Assembly (NCBI RefSeq): GCF_009914755.1
Contig: NC_060925.1
Reading direction: 5' to 3' (one strand)
DNA from: the human T2T-CHM13v2.0 reference genome, Homo sapiens
DNA length: 64,000 nucleotides
The notes under the pieces were generated by a model. It had not been told where the DNA came from, did no database searches, and was given only the letters and a program-made list of their open reading frames with translations. Made by a program: the position numbers and the translations under genes. Positions 14,204-34,734 of this stretch are shown one piece after another (position 1 is the first letter of the stretch; each line of letters begins with the position of its first letter).

Positions 14204-14340
14204 GGAGAAACCTTAGAAAGCACTTGTTAAACATAAAATTCCCAGTGGCCCTCCCCCGGAAATACTGATCCAGTGGGTCTGGAGTAAGGGCAAGAACTCC
14301 AGGAGATGCTTGTCATTAGGTAAGTTCCAGAATCGCTGAT
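14204..14340. mobile_element. MER5-type fragment
   Basis: cttgttaaacataaaattcccag..ggccctcccc..actgatccagtgggtctggagtaaggg. Confidence 0.6.
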
Positions 14341-14747
14341 TTCATTTCCATCCATTTAATCTTACAGATGATGAGATTGAAGCTAGAAAGATGCAATGAC
14401 TTTGCCAAGGTCACATAGCAAATCTATGTTCAAGCCTAAGCTAGACCACCAAGGGCCACTTTTTTTCACTTTATCCCCCAAAGATACTACATTAATACCT
14501 TAATTAATTAATCTGTAAGTGATTTTTTTAAACAAGCAGTTTGGTCATGTTGATCTTTAGTAAGCATATGTACCTGTGCTGGCACATGTCATCTTGTGTA
14601 GTTTATTCCCACATGAGTGGCTGAATTAGACAAAATATCTGCATGGGTAACATCTGCTTCCAGAATGTGCACAATTAAAGGTAATAAAGGCCAGTGCTGC
14701 ATGAGTGAGGGATTTGCAGAAAGAAAAAGACAGTAGAAAAAGTAGCA

Positions 14748-15061
<314 letters not shown>

Positions 15062-15349
15062 CTAGCTCAGCTCTGTCCTGCACTGTTTGCAGAGTTACCT
15101 TCCTTTTGAGAAGCTGATTGTCTTTCACTGGCTCCCCTTTGCCTCTAAGGGAAAAGCTGGGATTTCTCAACAGGGCATGCAAGAACCTTCAGGGTAGTTT
15201 TGCCTATCATTTTGCCCAATTCCTCACCACTCCCCCAGTCAACCCACCTTTTTGCCAAATTAATTCACTATTGTCTGAACTCTCCAGGCTTTCCTGTGGT
15301 TTTGTGCCTTTACATGCACTGTTCCCTGAACCTGGAATTCCCCCTGCCT

Positions 15350-15703
15350 TCTTTCCTTCTTTTTCTTCTTTCTTTTCCTTTTCCTCTTTCTTTCTTTCCT
15401 TTTCCTTTTCCTTTCCCTTCCTTCCTTCCTTTCTCTCTCTCTCTCTCTCTTTTTCTTTTTCTTCTTTCTTTTCCTTTTTCTTTTCTTTTCTTTCTTTTTT
15501 TTTGAGATAGGGTCTCACTCTGTCACCCAGGCTGGAGTGCAGTGGTATGATCTTGACTCACTGCAGCCTCGACCTCCCAAGCTCAAGTAATCCTCCCACC
15601 TCAGCCTCCCAAGTAGCTGGGACTACAGGTGTGCACCACCATGTCTGGGTAAATTTTGTACTTTTTGTAGAGATGGGGTTTTGCCACATTGACTAGGCTG
15701 GAT
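15350..15703 (-). mobile_element. Truncated AluJ with expanded CT-rich tail (15350-15500)
   Basis: Right arm plus middle A-rich linker; polypyrimidine expansion. Confidence 0.85.
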
Positions 15704-16019
15704 TTCTCTTTCATTGTGTAGCAAACTTCTACTTGTCCATCATCTTTTAGTTTAAACACACCTCCTCTGAAGAGTCCTCTCTAACACCTTGGGCATAGTA
15801 ACTTGTTCTGCCTCCTGGGCTCCTGCAGTGCTTTGTTTGAGTTTCAGTTGATCTATTTCTGTGAATGGCTTCTTCACTTAACTGTGAGTCAAGGTACTTA
15901 AGGGCAGCATTTTGTTTTCTCTAGCTTGGCATCTACACGTGTAGCACAAAGAAGCTGAAAAGCAAATGATGGAGGACCATAATACTAAAGTGATAGTAAA
16001 ATGAGTATTTCTAATTATA

Positions 16020-17990
<1,971 letters not shown>

Positions 17991-18419
17991 AAGCTATATG
18001 CCTATTCTTCTGCCACTACTAATTAAAACCTTTTTCTCTTTAATTATGGATTGAAAGACTTTGCCTGTGCCAATAATTAAGTTGCAAGCAATGAAATTCG
18101 AAGCACAAAGTGTGCCTAAAATTAAAGCAACCTCAAGGACTTGAGAGAAACTCTCAGAGGGTACAAGGCAATGGGCTTCCACTGCTGAAGGCCTGTGCTT
18201 GGACACTGTTGAGGTCAGGGAATCATAGGTCACCCATTCTTTGGAAGTGGCTGGGCCCCTGCTCAGCAGGCTTTCTCTCTTCAGGGAGTCTCACTGAAAA
18301 CTTCCTTTCTTCTTCTGCTTCAAAACAAACCCCACCCCACTCAAATCTCACTCTCACCCTTATCCCAAGATTCATATTTTGAGTTTCTCAGTATGCGAGG
18401 TGTGGTTTTCAGTAGGGTA

Positions 18420-19030
18420 TAATTCGTTTTTTCAACATATATTTATTGCGCATCTGCTCTGTGCCACATTTTGTTCTTGGCTCAGGGAATAAAGTAACAA
18501 AACAGAAAATGCCTTTCTCTCAAAGAATGTATGTTTTAGTAGCACAAATTAGCAAAAAAAAAAAAAAATCCTCAAGTAATGCAATAAATAAATGAAGTAA
18601 TTCCAGATAGTTATCAATGCCATGACAAAAATAAAAAGGGATAACAGAACTGCAAGTAAAAGAGAGGTCCTATTTTAGGTAGGCTTGTTAAGGGAGCTTT
18701 GCCAAGAGGGTGGTTGGTATTTAAGGACTGAGGAGTGAGCTATGTGAAGATCTGAGAGGAGAGTAATCCAGGCAGAGGTAGCAGCAAGTACAAAGGCTCC
18801 AAGGAGGGTATGTGGAGCGGCAAGAAAACAAATGTGGCTGGAGCAGAATGAATGAGGGAGAAAGGGGCAGGGGGTTGAGGTCAAAGAAGAAGCCGAAGGC
18901 AAGATCATGCAGCACTTTATAGGCCTGGATTAGGAGTTTAGATTTTGTTCTAAATGTGAGGGAAAGTCCTTAGAGAATTCTAAGCAAGGGAGTGATGTGA
19001 TCTGATTTACACTTTAAAAAGAGTACTCTG
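18420..19030 (-). mobile_element. L2 3' fragment
   Basis: ttcaacatatatttattgcgcatctgctctgtgcc ... aagcaagggagtgatgtgatctgattt. Confidence 0.75.
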
Positions 19031-19899
19031 AGAGAAGAAACATTAAAATCATTGTGACCTTGAGTTAGGCAAAAATGTCTTAGATACAATATGTAAAAGC
19101 TTGATCCATAAAAGAAAAAAATGGAAAAATTAGATTTCAAAAAAATTAAGAATTTCTCCTTCCTTTCTGAGAAACATTGTTTAGAGGATTAAAAGACAAG
19201 GCACCATCGGTCAGGCATGTAAGGAGCTTGGAAGTCGTCACTCCATCCAAACAAGTAAAAAGCTGAACAAACTGAAAAATGAATGAAATGAAAAAACCAA
19301 TCAGCAGGAACCAGCATGGGGAAGGAAAACTTGAACTGTAATTGACAAATTGCTGGAGGCTTAGTGTAGACAAGTCTCTGAGTCAAAAACTCCAGGGGAT
19401 ACGGCCAATGGGATGTGGGACACTTTTGAGTTTTACCTCCAGGAGCTTGACAAGATTCTCACAGTGAATATTGGACAACAATTCCCTCATTCTCTTGGTA
19501 GGGGTGGGGAAAAATGAATCATTTGGAAATACACCAAAGCATTCTGTACTTCTTAGCAAGGTCTGCCCTCAGGACGTGCTAAGGACCCCTAACCTCCTGG
19601 GGTTTAATCAGAACCTAATTGTCCTGGGGGAAGGGAAATACTCAACTTCAGCCCACTTTAGCTGTTCTGTCCAACTAAGGCAGGGAAGAAAACACTAACA
19701 CTTCTAAAGTTCACAGTCAGTCCATGGGCACAGGCTCACCAAAAGACCTAATCTTAGGACTACAGATAAGTAGTCCCCCACCACTTACAGGGAACTTCCT
19801 TTCCTTTCACACCTTACGCCTACATGACTAAAGGTCTATTTATCATAGTTCCCTTTACACTGTACATCAAGTCTGGCTATCAAGATAAAATTACAAGGC

Positions 19900-20180
19900 C
19901 ATGCCTGTAATCCCAGCACCTCGGGATGCCAAGGTAGGCAGATCATTTGAGCTCAGGAGTTAGAGACCAGCCTGGCCAACATGCTGAAATCCCATCTCTA
20001 CTAAAAATACAAAAACATTAGCCGGACGTAGTGGCTCATGCCTGCAGTCCCAGCTACTCCGGAGGCTGAGGCAGGAGAATCACTTGAACTTGAGAGGTGG
20101 AAGTTGCAGTGAGCCTAGATCGCGCCACTGCACTCCTGCCTTGCCTGGGAGACAGAGCAAGACTCCGTCTCAAAAAAAAA
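19900..20180 (+). mobile_element. AluS
   Basis: TSD aagataaaattacaaggc. Confidence 0.9.
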
Positions 20181-21287
20181 GATAAAATTACAAGGCATAC
20201 TAAAAAGCAAAAAGCATAGTTTGAAGAAACAGAGCAAGCATCAGAACCAGATAGATACAGCAGAGATGCTGGAATGATCACACTGGGAATTTAACACAAA
20301 TATGGTACATAGGCTAAGAAAAGTAGATAGCATGCAAGGACAGATAGGAAATGTAAGCAGACAGAGGGCAATATTAATAAAGAATTAAAAAATGCTGGAG
20401 ATAAAAAAACACTGTAACAGAAATGAAAAATGCTCTTGACAGGCTCATTAGTAGACTGAATATGGCTGAGGAAAATCTCTGAGCTTGAGGTCATCTCAAG
20501 GCAATTTTGAGTTTTCACCTCAAACTTAAAAAGCAAGAGAAAAATGTCTGGGAAAACAAAGAAAGAAAAGAACATCTAAGAGCTGTGGGGCAACTACAAA
20601 AGGTTTAATGTATGCATAATAGAATACTAGAAGGATAACAAAAAGATATATTTGAAGCAATATTGACTGATAATTTCTCCTAAATTAATGTCAGACACTG
20701 CAGATCCAGGAAACTCAGAGAACACCAAGCAGGATAGTGCCAAAACAAACAAACAAAACAAACAAACAAACAAAAAACAAAACCAACAACACCTAGGCAC
20801 ACCATATTGAAACCTCAGAAAATCAAATATGAATTTTAAAATCTCCAACAAAGCCAGAAGAAATAAACACCTTACCTATATAAAAGCAAAGATAAGAATT
20901 ATATCTGACTTTTCCTCAGAAACCATGAAAGAAAAAAGAGAGTAAAGTGAAATATTTAAGCTATTGAGAGGAAAAAAATGAAACTAGAATTCTGTCTCCT
21001 GTGAAATTATCTTTCAAAAGTGAAGAAAAAAATAAAGATTTTTCATACAAATGAAAATTGAGGGAATTTATTGCCAGTTGACCTGTTCTGCAAGAAATAT
21101 TGAAAGAAATATTAAAAATGTGAAGGAAAACGGTATAAGTCGGAAATTCAGGTCTGCAGAAAGAAAGAAAGAGCATCAAAGAAGAAATACATGAAGGTTG
21201 AATAAACTCTTATTTTTCTTATTCTTAATTGATCTAACAAATAACCATTTGTCCAAAGAATAATGGCAACAATATATTCAAGTACGG

Positions 21288-21327
<40 letters not shown>
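21288..21327. repeat. (TG)n microsatellite, about 19 units
   Basis: Directly visible. Confidence 0.95.
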
Positions 21328-21328
<1 letters not shown>

Positions 21329-21647
21329 GATGCTTATATATAAATGAAATGAATGATAGCAACAATACAAGGAACAGGAAGAAGGAATTCAGATTATTTT
21401 GTTATAAACTACTCACTATCTGTGAAGCAGTATACTTTTATTTAAAGGTGGACTTAGGTTAGTGGTAAATTAATATTGCAAACTCTAGGGCAAACATTAA
21501 AACAAGTAAAAAAGAAGTATAACTGATATGCTAAGAAAGGAGAGAAAATGAAATCATTTTATAAAATGCTTGATTATAACCAAAAAAGACAAAAGTAGGA
21601 ACAAAGAAAAGGGCAACAAGTAGAAAACAGTAACTAACATGGCAAAT

Positions 21648-21955
<308 letters not shown>

Positions 21956-22769
21956 TCAGTGATCACTTTGAAGATCAGTGGTACAAATATACCAATTAAA
22001 AGACAGAGATTGTCTGTGTGGGTCAAAGAACAAGATCCAACTATATAGTGTCTATAAGAAATCCACTTTAAATATAAAGACACATATAGATTAAAAGTAA
22101 ATGGGTGACCAAATATTTAAGGAAGAAATCATACCAATTCTTTACAATCTTTTTCAGAAGACAGAAGCAGAGGGAATACTTCCTAACTCATACTGTGAAG
22201 CCAGTATCACCCTAAACCAAAATCAGAGTAGACATTACAAGAAAAGAAAACTACAGAACAATATCTCTCAGGAACACAGATACAAAAATCCTTCACAAAA
22301 TATTAGCAAATCAAATTCAACAATGTAGAAAAGGAATTATACACTATAACCAGGTGGAATTTAACTCAGGTGTGCAAGGATGATTCAACATTTAAAAAAT
22401 TCAACTAAAATCAACTAATGTAATCTATCATCTCAACAAGATAAAGAATAAAACTAACATTATCATATCAATAGATATAGCAAAAGCATTAGATAAAATC
22501 CAACACCCGTTCATGATAAAAACTCTCAGTAAACTAGGAACACAGAGGAATGTCCTCAAGTCCCTTCACAGGGACTACTAAAAAAAAAAACAAAACAGCT
22601 AACATCGTACTTAATGGTGAGAAAATTAAGCTTTCCCACTAAGATCAGGATCAATACAAAGATGTCCGTCACCTATCGTTCATTGGTTTCTTTCTCCTTC
22701 ATTTTTCTTCCCTCCCTCCCTCCCTTCCTCCCTCCCTTCCTTCCTTCCTTCCTTCCTTCATCTTTCTTT

Positions 22770-23041
22770 CTCTTGCTCTGTCATCCAGGCAAAAGTGCAG
22801 TGGTGCAAACCTGGTTCACTGCAGCCTCGACCTCCTGGGCTCAAGTGATCCTTCCATCTCAGCCTCTCAAGTAGCTAGGACCACAGGCACGCAACACCAT
22901 GCCCAACTAATTTTAAAAGCTTTTTTTGGAAATATGGGTCTCCCATGCCCAGGCCAGTCTTGGACTCCTGGGCTCAAGTGATCCTCCTATCTCAGCCTCC
23001 CAAAGGGCTGAAATTACAGGCATGAGCCACTGCACCTAGCC
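22770..23041 (-). mobile_element. AluJ with CCTT-rich tail
   Basis: Dimer preceded by (CCTT)n. Confidence 0.85.
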
Positions 23042-23207
23042 ATACTACCCCTTTCAACATTATACTGGAAGTCCTAGCTAATGCAATAAGATAAGGAAAG
23101 AAAATAAAAAGTGGAGTGATAGGAAGGAAGAAATGAAACTGTCTTTGTTGTAGATGATATGACTGCCTATGTAGAAAATCTGAAAGAATTGCCCCCAAAC
23201 TCTTGGA

Positions 23208-23936
<729 letters not shown>

Positions 23937-23970
23937 AGAGACCTTACCTCTTAAAACAAACAAATAACTG

Positions 23971-24260
<290 letters not shown>

Positions 24261-25334
24261 TAAATAAATAAAACAAAAACTCCCGGAATTGATATGCAAT
24301 TATAACAAGATTGCAGGGTACAAGCTTAATAAACAAGTCAATTTTTTTCCTCTATACCAGCAAATAAGTGGAATTTGAAAATAAAAACACAATACTACTT
24401 ACATTAGCACCCAAAAAATGCAACAATTAGTATAAATCTAATGGAACATATACAAGATCTATATGAGGAAAACTACAAAACTCTGTTGAAAGAAATCAAA
24501 GAATTAAATAAATGGAGAGATAGTCCGCATTAACGGAGAGGAAGACTCAATGTTGTCAAGATGTCAGTTTTTCCTAACTTGATCTATAAATTCAATGCAA
24601 TCCTAATTTGTCATTGACAAAGTAGCAAAGGCAATGCAATGGAAAAAAAAATAATGTTTTCAACAAATGGTGCTGGAATAACTGGACATCGACAGGCAAA
24701 AAAATGTATTTAGACAAAGACCTTACACCCTACACAAAAATTAACTCAAAAACGGATCTAAATATAAAACACAAAACTATAAATTTCTAGAAGATAACAT
24801 ATGAGAAAATCTGATGACTTTGGGTTTGGAAATGACTTTTTAGATAAAATATCAAAGGCATAATCCATGAAAGAAAGAACCAATAAGCTGGACTTCACTA
24901 ATATTAAAAATTTTGAAACATACTGTCAAGAGAAGGAAAAGCTAAGCCACAGATGGGGAGAAAACATTTGCAAAATAAGTATCTGATAAAAGGCTGTAAT
25001 CCAAAATATAAAAATAACTCTTAAAAAGCAACAATAAAAAAAAAACAATTTAAAACTGGGCCAAAGATCTTAACAAACACCCCACAAAAGAAGATACAGA
25101 GACGGCAAATAAGCACATGAAAATCTCAGCATCATACCTCATCAGGAAATGCAAATTAAAACAAGACACCACTGCACATCTATTAGAATGGCCAAAACCC
25201 AGAACACTAACCCCACCAAATGCTGATGAGGATGTGGAGCAACAGAAACGCTCACTCTTTGCTGGTAGGAATGCAAAATGGTTCAGCTACTTTGGAAGAC
25301 AGTTTCGCAGTTTCTTGCAAAACTCAACATACTT

Positions 25335-25640
25335 GGCCGGGCGTGGTGGCTCATGCCTGTAATCCCAGCACTTGGGGAGGCCGAGGTGGGCAGATCACGA
25401 GGTCAGGAGATTGAGACCAGCCTGGCCAATATGGTGAAACTCCGTCTCCACTAAAAATACAAAAATTAGCCAGGCATGTTGGCACACGCCTGTAGTCCCA
25501 GCTACTCGGGAGGCTGAGGCAGAGAATCGCTTGAACCCAGGAGGTGGAGGTTGCAGTGACCTGAGATCAGGCCACTGCACTCCAGCCTGGGTGACAAAGC
25601 CAGGCTCCATCTCAAAAAACAAAAAAACAACAAAAAAAAC
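25335..25640 (+). mobile_element. AluS
   Basis: TSD ctcaacatact. Confidence 0.95.
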
Positions 25641-26526
25641 CCTCAACATACTCTTAACATACAATCCAGCATTCACACTCCTTGGTATTTACCCAAGTGA
25701 GTTAAAAAAAAAAAATGTCCACACAAAACCTGCACGCAGGTGTTGATTTATTCATAGTTGCCAAAATTCAGAAGCAACTAAGATGTCCTTCAGTAGGTGA
25801 ATGGATAAATAAACTGGTACATCCAGACAATGGGGTATTATTCAGCACTAGAAGGAAATGAGCTAACAAACCATGAAAAGACATGGAGGGAAGTTAAGTG
25901 CATGTTACTAAGTGAAAGAAGCCAATCTGAAAGGCTATATGCTGTCTAATTCCAACTGTGTGACATTTTGGAAAAGGCAAAATTATGGAGACAGTAAAAA
26001 GATCATTGGTGGCTAGGGGTTGGTGGGGAGGGAGGGGTAAGTAAATAGAAAACGGAAGATTTTTAGAGCAGTGGAATACTTTATATGACACTATAATGGC
26101 AGATACATGTCATTGTATCTTTGTCCAATCACATAGAATGTAGGACACCAAGAGTGAACCCTAATGTAAATGCAGGACTTTGGGTGAGAATGATGTGTCA
26201 GTGTAGGTTGATCAGTTGTAACAAATGCACCACTACAATGGAAGGTGTGGAAATGCACTGGGAGAAGCTATGCATATGTAGGGGCAGGTTTATATGGGAA
26301 ATCTCTGTACCTTCCACTCAATTTTGCTGTGCTAAAACTGCTCTAAAAAATAAAGTTTATTTTTTAAAACATACAAGGCATACACTGAGAGAAAATATTT
26401 TCAAATCACATATCCAACAAAGGACATATATCCATTTTCTAAAAAAAAAAAACAAAAACAAAAACAAAAAACAAAAAACACCTTTCTAAACTCTACAATT
26501 AGAAAAATATCAAATTAGAAAATAGT

Positions 26527-26847
<321 letters not shown>

Positions 26848-27144
26848 TGTATATAAAGACTTGGATATTTCACTAAAGAAGGTATATGAATAGCTAAAAA
26901 AGCATATGAGAAGATGTTTGACATCATTAGTCATTAGAGAATTGCAAATTAAAAGCACTATCTCCTACACATCTTGTAGAAGAGCTAAAATACAAAACAA
27001 TGATAATATGAATGCTGGTGAGATTGTGGAGAAACTGGATCTCTCATACATTGTTGATGGGAATATAAAATGGTACAACTACTTTGGAAAACAGTTTGGG
27101 AATTTTTTATAAAGTTAAACATATACCTTAAAACCTTGATACCA

Positions 27145-27451
27145 GGCCAGGTGTGATGGTCACGCCTGTAATCCCAGCACTTCAGGAGGCTGAAGAAGGC
27201 AGATCACTTGAGGCCAGGAGTTTGAGAGCAGCCTGGCCAACAAGGCAAAACCCTGTCTCTACTAAAAACACAAAAATGTGTTGGGTGTGATGGTGCGTGC
27301 CTGTAATCCCAGCTACTCAGGAGGCTGAGGCACAAGAATCACCTGCGCCCGGTAGATGGAAGGTTGCAGTGAGCAAGGTTGTGCCACTGCACTCCAGCGT
27401 GGGCGATGAAGCAAGAACCTGTCTCAAAAAAACAAAAACAAAAACAAAAAA
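27145..27451 (+). mobile_element. AluS
   Basis: TSD aaaaccttgatac. Confidence 0.9.
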
Positions 27452-27559
27452 CCTTGATACTACTCTTGAGTATTTACCCTAAAAGAAATGAAAATTTATG
27501 TTCACTGAAAAACCTGTATATGAATGTTTACAGTAGTTCTATTTGTAATCATCAAACAC

Positions 27560-27935
27560 TGGATAGTCCATTCTCACACTGCTATAAAGAACCACCTGAG
27601 ACTGGGTAACTTATCAAGAAAAAAGGTTTACTTGGCTCACAGTTCTGTACAGGTAGCATGGCTGCAGGGGCTTCAAGAAACTTTCAATCATGACAGAAAG
27701 GGAAGGGGAAGCAACCACGTCCTATGTGGCTGGAGCGGGAGGAAGAGAGGGAAGGAGGAGGTGTCACACACTTTTAAACAACCAGATCTCGTGAGAACTC
27801 ACTCACTATCACGAGAACAGCAAGGGGGAAATCTGCCCCCTGATCCAATCACCACCTACGAGGCCCCTTCTCCAACACTGGGGATTACTTTTGACATGAA
27901 ATTTGGGCAGGAGCACAAATCCAAACCATATCACA
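27560..27935 (-). mobile_element. MaLR LTR, MSTA/MSTB-like
   Basis: tagtccattctcacactgctataaagaa..cctgagactgggtaa ... ccaaaccatatca. Confidence 0.9.
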
Positions 27936-28163
27936 ACCTAAACATCCTTCACTGGGAAAAGGGATATACAAACTGTGGTACATCCATACCATGGAATACT
28001 GCTTAGTAAGAAAAGGGAAAGGACAATTGAAAGGCACTCCAACAGGAATGCATCTCAAATGCATCATGATAAGTGAAAGAACCAGAAAGACTCATATCAT
28101 TAGATTCTGTTTATATAACATTCTGGAAAAGGCAGAACTATAGCAATAGAAAATAAATCAGTG

Positions 28164-28585
<422 letters not shown>

Positions 28586-29652
28586 TTAATCTAGGTGTAC
28601 CTAGTCAAAGGCAAGTGCCTGTAAGCAGAACCTTTACCTTTGAACAACCTATTTTGTGAGTGTTAAGTTGCAGTTCAAAACAGGGTGAAAAGCCTCGAAA
28701 ATGTGAACCACTGTGGACTACAAAGAATGCCAGATTTGATCGGTCCTATAAAAGTGATTTATTATACATATGTATGTGTGCATATGATTCATAAGCATTT
28801 TCAGCCTGTTGAAAACGAAAACACATTTTAAACATATGAAAATCAGCAGAAATAAAAATGGATCGGGAAATAACATACTAGATTTGTGGCTTTATGTAAA
28901 TAAAAAAAGAGAAATTACTTAAACAAATCCATCCTGTGTAAATACAAAGTTAACAAGAAAAGCCAGCTCTAATTTACCCTATGTTTGCACTTCTAGAGTC
29001 ACAAGCATTTTATTTTTTGTTTTGTCTTGGAATTTGTTCCCTTATATAATGCATGTCAAAATAGCTGGAAAAATATGATTAACTACTGCCAGCTGAAATT
29101 CTTGTCCCACAAAGACAACTCCCTCCTGGCTCCTAATTTTCTTTTCATATTTTGGGCACTGTGAGATAATGGTTGGAGCACAGGCAGGAAGGCAGTGTGG
29201 CTCTACAGGAGAGAGAATTCCAGGTTGGGCCTTCTAACTTTGCAGCTATCATTAATTTACTAAGTCCTCCTGGCAGAGCCTCTTAAAGACTGACTGTGGT
29301 CTCACACAGGGTGTGGTCAGCAGGAATTTTGCCATAGGCTAGGTTTCCACAGGAGCTCAATCTTGCTAAAGTGTAATTTGGGTGCTAAAGGAAGAAGGAA
29401 AAGTAAACCAAAATACTTTCCATAGACCTAGGCATGACACTAACACCTTTGCTTTTATTACCTCATCCACAAAAGCAGGATGGCATTATATACATTCAAG
29501 AGCCTACCTTGAGAAGGTTTTAAACAAATATGCGACACATTCTTATCCTACTTCCACCAAATGTGCTGTTTTAGGTACCTAACAACTCCTCAATTTCCCA
29601 GTAAGTTATCTACGATGAGGTTCATAAACATGATCAGAAAGTTTCTTTGGTA

Positions 29653-29799
29653 GGCTAGGTGTGGTGGCTCAGACCTGTAATCCCAGAACTTTGGGAGACT
29701 GAGGTGGGAAGATTGCTTGAGCCCAGGAGTTTAAGATCAGCCTGGGCAACATAGGGAGACCCCATCTCTATTTAAAAAATAAAAATAACAATAATAAAA
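29653..29799 (+). mobile_element. FLAM
   Basis: Left monomer, TSD aaagtttctttg. Confidence 0.85.
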
Positions 29800-30070
29800 G
29801 TTTCTTTGATAGAAGACCCTCTTAGGAAGGAATACGTTCAAAATGGCTAACATAGTGTTGCCACCTGCGTACTCTGAAAAATTGTTTAAATTGAGTTCTT
29901 TAGATGACTAATACTAAATAATACGAACGGGCGTTTGTGAAACAATTATGGGAATAAGTGAAATAATTCTAAAAGTCCTTTAGTCTTTAGGGTGCTAAGT
30001 AAATCTTGAGATTTTGACAACCCCCTTCCCTATTTCTCAGATATTGTCCTTTCTTGCTCGTACTAGATTC

Positions 30071-30373
<303 letters not shown>

Positions 30374-30814
30374 TAAATCAATCAATTGATTAATATTTAT
30401 AGAACATTTACAATATAACTGGCAGTGGAATAGGCAACAGGGAGGATCCAGAAGATATGGAATGCATGGTCCTTACACTCAAGAAGTTTATAATCTATTT
30501 AGCAAAATCTAAGATTCAAAATAGCAGCAAACACCATACACCTAGGCATTAGACATTTATACCCTGGTGCTTTACCAACACAGTCAGATTCTGAGCAAGA
30601 AAGATGGGTGAAGATCAGAGTGCTTAGGAAAATCTTTAGGAATCTCATCTTTCTCCTGAGGAGAAAAGTGGGGAAAGAGGAATGTAAGGCATGGAATCTT
30701 GAAGGCTGGAGACTTGAGGACAAAAATGTCATTTCTCACTGAGCAGCAGGCCATCTAGAATTATGTAACCAAGTTGAATGGGACAAGACAAGTGAATTTA
30801 TCAAAATGGGGTGC

Positions 30815-31032
30815 CTAAAACCATGCTGTACAATGTGGCAGCTGTTAGTCATATGTGGCTATTTAAATATAAATTAATTAAAGTTCAATAAAATTAAAAT
30901 TTTACTTCTTCAGTCTCACTAGCCACATGTAGGTGGCCAATTGCCATATGTGGCTAGTGGTACCATATTGGATAGTGCAGATATAAAACGTTTCCATCAT
31001 TACAGAAAGTTCTCTTGGACAATGAAGTTCTA
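30815..31032. mobile_element. MER3 hAT-Charlie element
   Basis: atgtggctatttaaat..ctagccacatgt..atgtggctagtggtaccatattggatagtgcagatat..agaaagttctcttggacaatg. Confidence 0.8.
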
Positions 31033-31330
31033 GAACCACAGAAGTGTTGAGCAACAGGCAGAAAGGCATGGCTCAAAAGAATTCCCCAAGCCAACTGGCA
31101 TGCTGGGGTTTCTGGCTTACACATGATTTCCATGACCACAAGTTGTGCAAAATGTGAAAGGGGTCTAATTAATTTAACAAATACACATTGAGCACCTACT
31201 AATACAAGAAGGCTAGGTGATATGAGAGACACAAAAGTAAAGCAGGTTCGAGTCTCAAAGAACTGGACATGAAGAGAGGAAATAAAGGCCTGTACATGAA
31301 TAACAATAGTGCCAAATAAAAAGTGATAAG

Positions 31331-31540
<210 letters not shown>

Positions 31541-32722
31541 AGCGATAAGCATCCGAGGGGCTGCAATTCAAGCATGCAGGTGCTGAACGAAAGGACAGAT
31601 TACTTCTGTTTGAAGGTTTAAAGAAGACTTCTTAGATAGGCATTATTTGAACTAAACCTTGAAGAAAGCAGTGGGGTGCGGTGGAAAGATCCCAGGGGAC
31701 CAGGAGTCCAGAGATTATCTCTAGGCTCAGTTATGTCCTAATTAACTGTGTGATCTTAGGTAAGTCAGGCTCCAGGCCCCACTGTCTTTATCAATTGGGT
31801 AACAGAAGCAAAGAGGAACTAAATGTCCAGGCCGGGAGACCAATAAAAGCAAAAGCACAGGGATAGATTGATAAGTGTAGAGGAAATCAAATAGTCTACT
31901 TAATAATGAAGTGTAGCCATAGTACAGCTATCTTATAACTTGTACCTGGGCATTATATAATTCTTGAACAACCCCAAAAACGTGTATATAAAAATGAAAA
32001 GTCACCATCACAAAAAACAAAAGCTAGATTTTGGTAATGTCTTGATAGTTTAGATCAGATATGAGAAGCAAAGCAGATAGAATGGAAGTGATTGTATTTG
32101 CATTTAAATATGGTTGTGAAGTGGAGCTGGAGAATAACTACTATTTTGGTTCCCTTTGGGAAAAGGCTGTCATTCATGAAATTATGAGCAAGTGCCACAC
32201 TTCAGGAAACAATAAATAAAATTACAGGACATTTCTGAGGGGGAAGAAAAGCAAGCTAGAATTTGAAGCTGAGAAATCACTATCGAACAGGTGGTTAAAA
32301 GGATAAAGCTGACATGAAAAGAGTAAAGCCAAGAACTTGGGAGTTAAAATGAAATGTAGATCGTATGTGGAATGTGGAGCCCCTTGTTAAAAAGCAGACA
32401 GAAAAATAGTGCATAAAATACCAGCTCAGCAGGTTTGTCGATCTTTATCTCTGGAGCGAACATGAATATACATAGAGAAATATTTGCATTTTGCAGCTGT
32501 ACCAAAGCATCTGTCAGTAGCTCCATTATCATTTTCTTGTGTATATATTTTCATATCCACATAGAAACATTTGAGTAGGTAAAAATATATGCTCTGTGTG
32601 TTCAAATATACTAAAATATTTACTTAATGGTTAGCATTAAAAGTTCCTAGTAATTGTTTTTCTAACCCCACAGCTTCCTACTAGCTAAGGGCACATTTCT
32701 TAGTTCTTCCTTTTTTTCTCTA

Positions 32723-33094
<372 letters not shown>

Positions 33095-33128
33095 TCACCT
33101 ACCCATCCAAGTTTTAAAAATAGTCTTA

Positions 33129-33515
<387 letters not shown>

Positions 33516-33760
33516 GTATTCTTTTTTATAGTGCAATGATCTGTGATTTTATATATCTGTGGGTGCAATTGTATCTCTTTATGATTCCTAATATAGTTTA
33601 TTTGTGCTCTTTTGTTTCTTTATCAGTCTTATTAAAGATTGGGTAATCAAACTGGATTTTTTTCTTAAAACTAACTTTCATTTGTATTTATTTACTCTAT
33701 TTTATGACTTTGGTTTCTATTTCAGCCTTTTCTGCCCTTATTTTTACTGATGCCTCCTTC

Positions 33761-34130
33761 TGTTATGGGTCAAATTGTGCCCCCTGCCCAAAGATAGGTT
33801 TAAGTTTCAATCTCCAGTACTTCAGAATGTGACTTTATTTGGCAACAGGGTCATTGCAGATGCAATTAGCTAAGTTCAGATGAGGTCATAGTGGAGTAGG
33901 GTGGGCCTCTAATCCAACAAGACTGGTGTCCTTAAAAGAAGAGGGAAATATGGACACAGACATAGACACAGAGGAAGATGATGTGAAGACACACAGGGAA
34001 AACATCATGTAAAGACAGGCTTGGAGTGGTGCACCTACAAGGTGAGGAACATCTGAAGCTGCCAGAAGTTGTGAGAGAGGCATGGAGTAATTCCTTTCCT
34101 AGCACCTTCAGAGGGAGCACGGCCCTGCCT
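33761..34130 (+). mobile_element. MaLR LTR, MLT1B-like, 3'-truncated
   Basis: tgttatgggtcaaattgtgcccc..cagtacttcagaatgtgact..ttcagagggagcacggccctgcc. Confidence 0.85.
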
Positions 34131-34704
<574 letters not shown>

Positions 34705-34734
34705 GGATTTGGGGTTTTAAAAAATTCATTCTCA

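Noticed and set aside
15118-15518. Three overlapping ORFs of 101-130 aa (F/S-rich and K/E-rich)
   Set aside because: Translations of a CT-rich expanded Alu tail; low complexity, not coding.
27524-28006. 160-aa ORF
   Set aside because: Read-through of an MST LTR and flanking L1 sequence.
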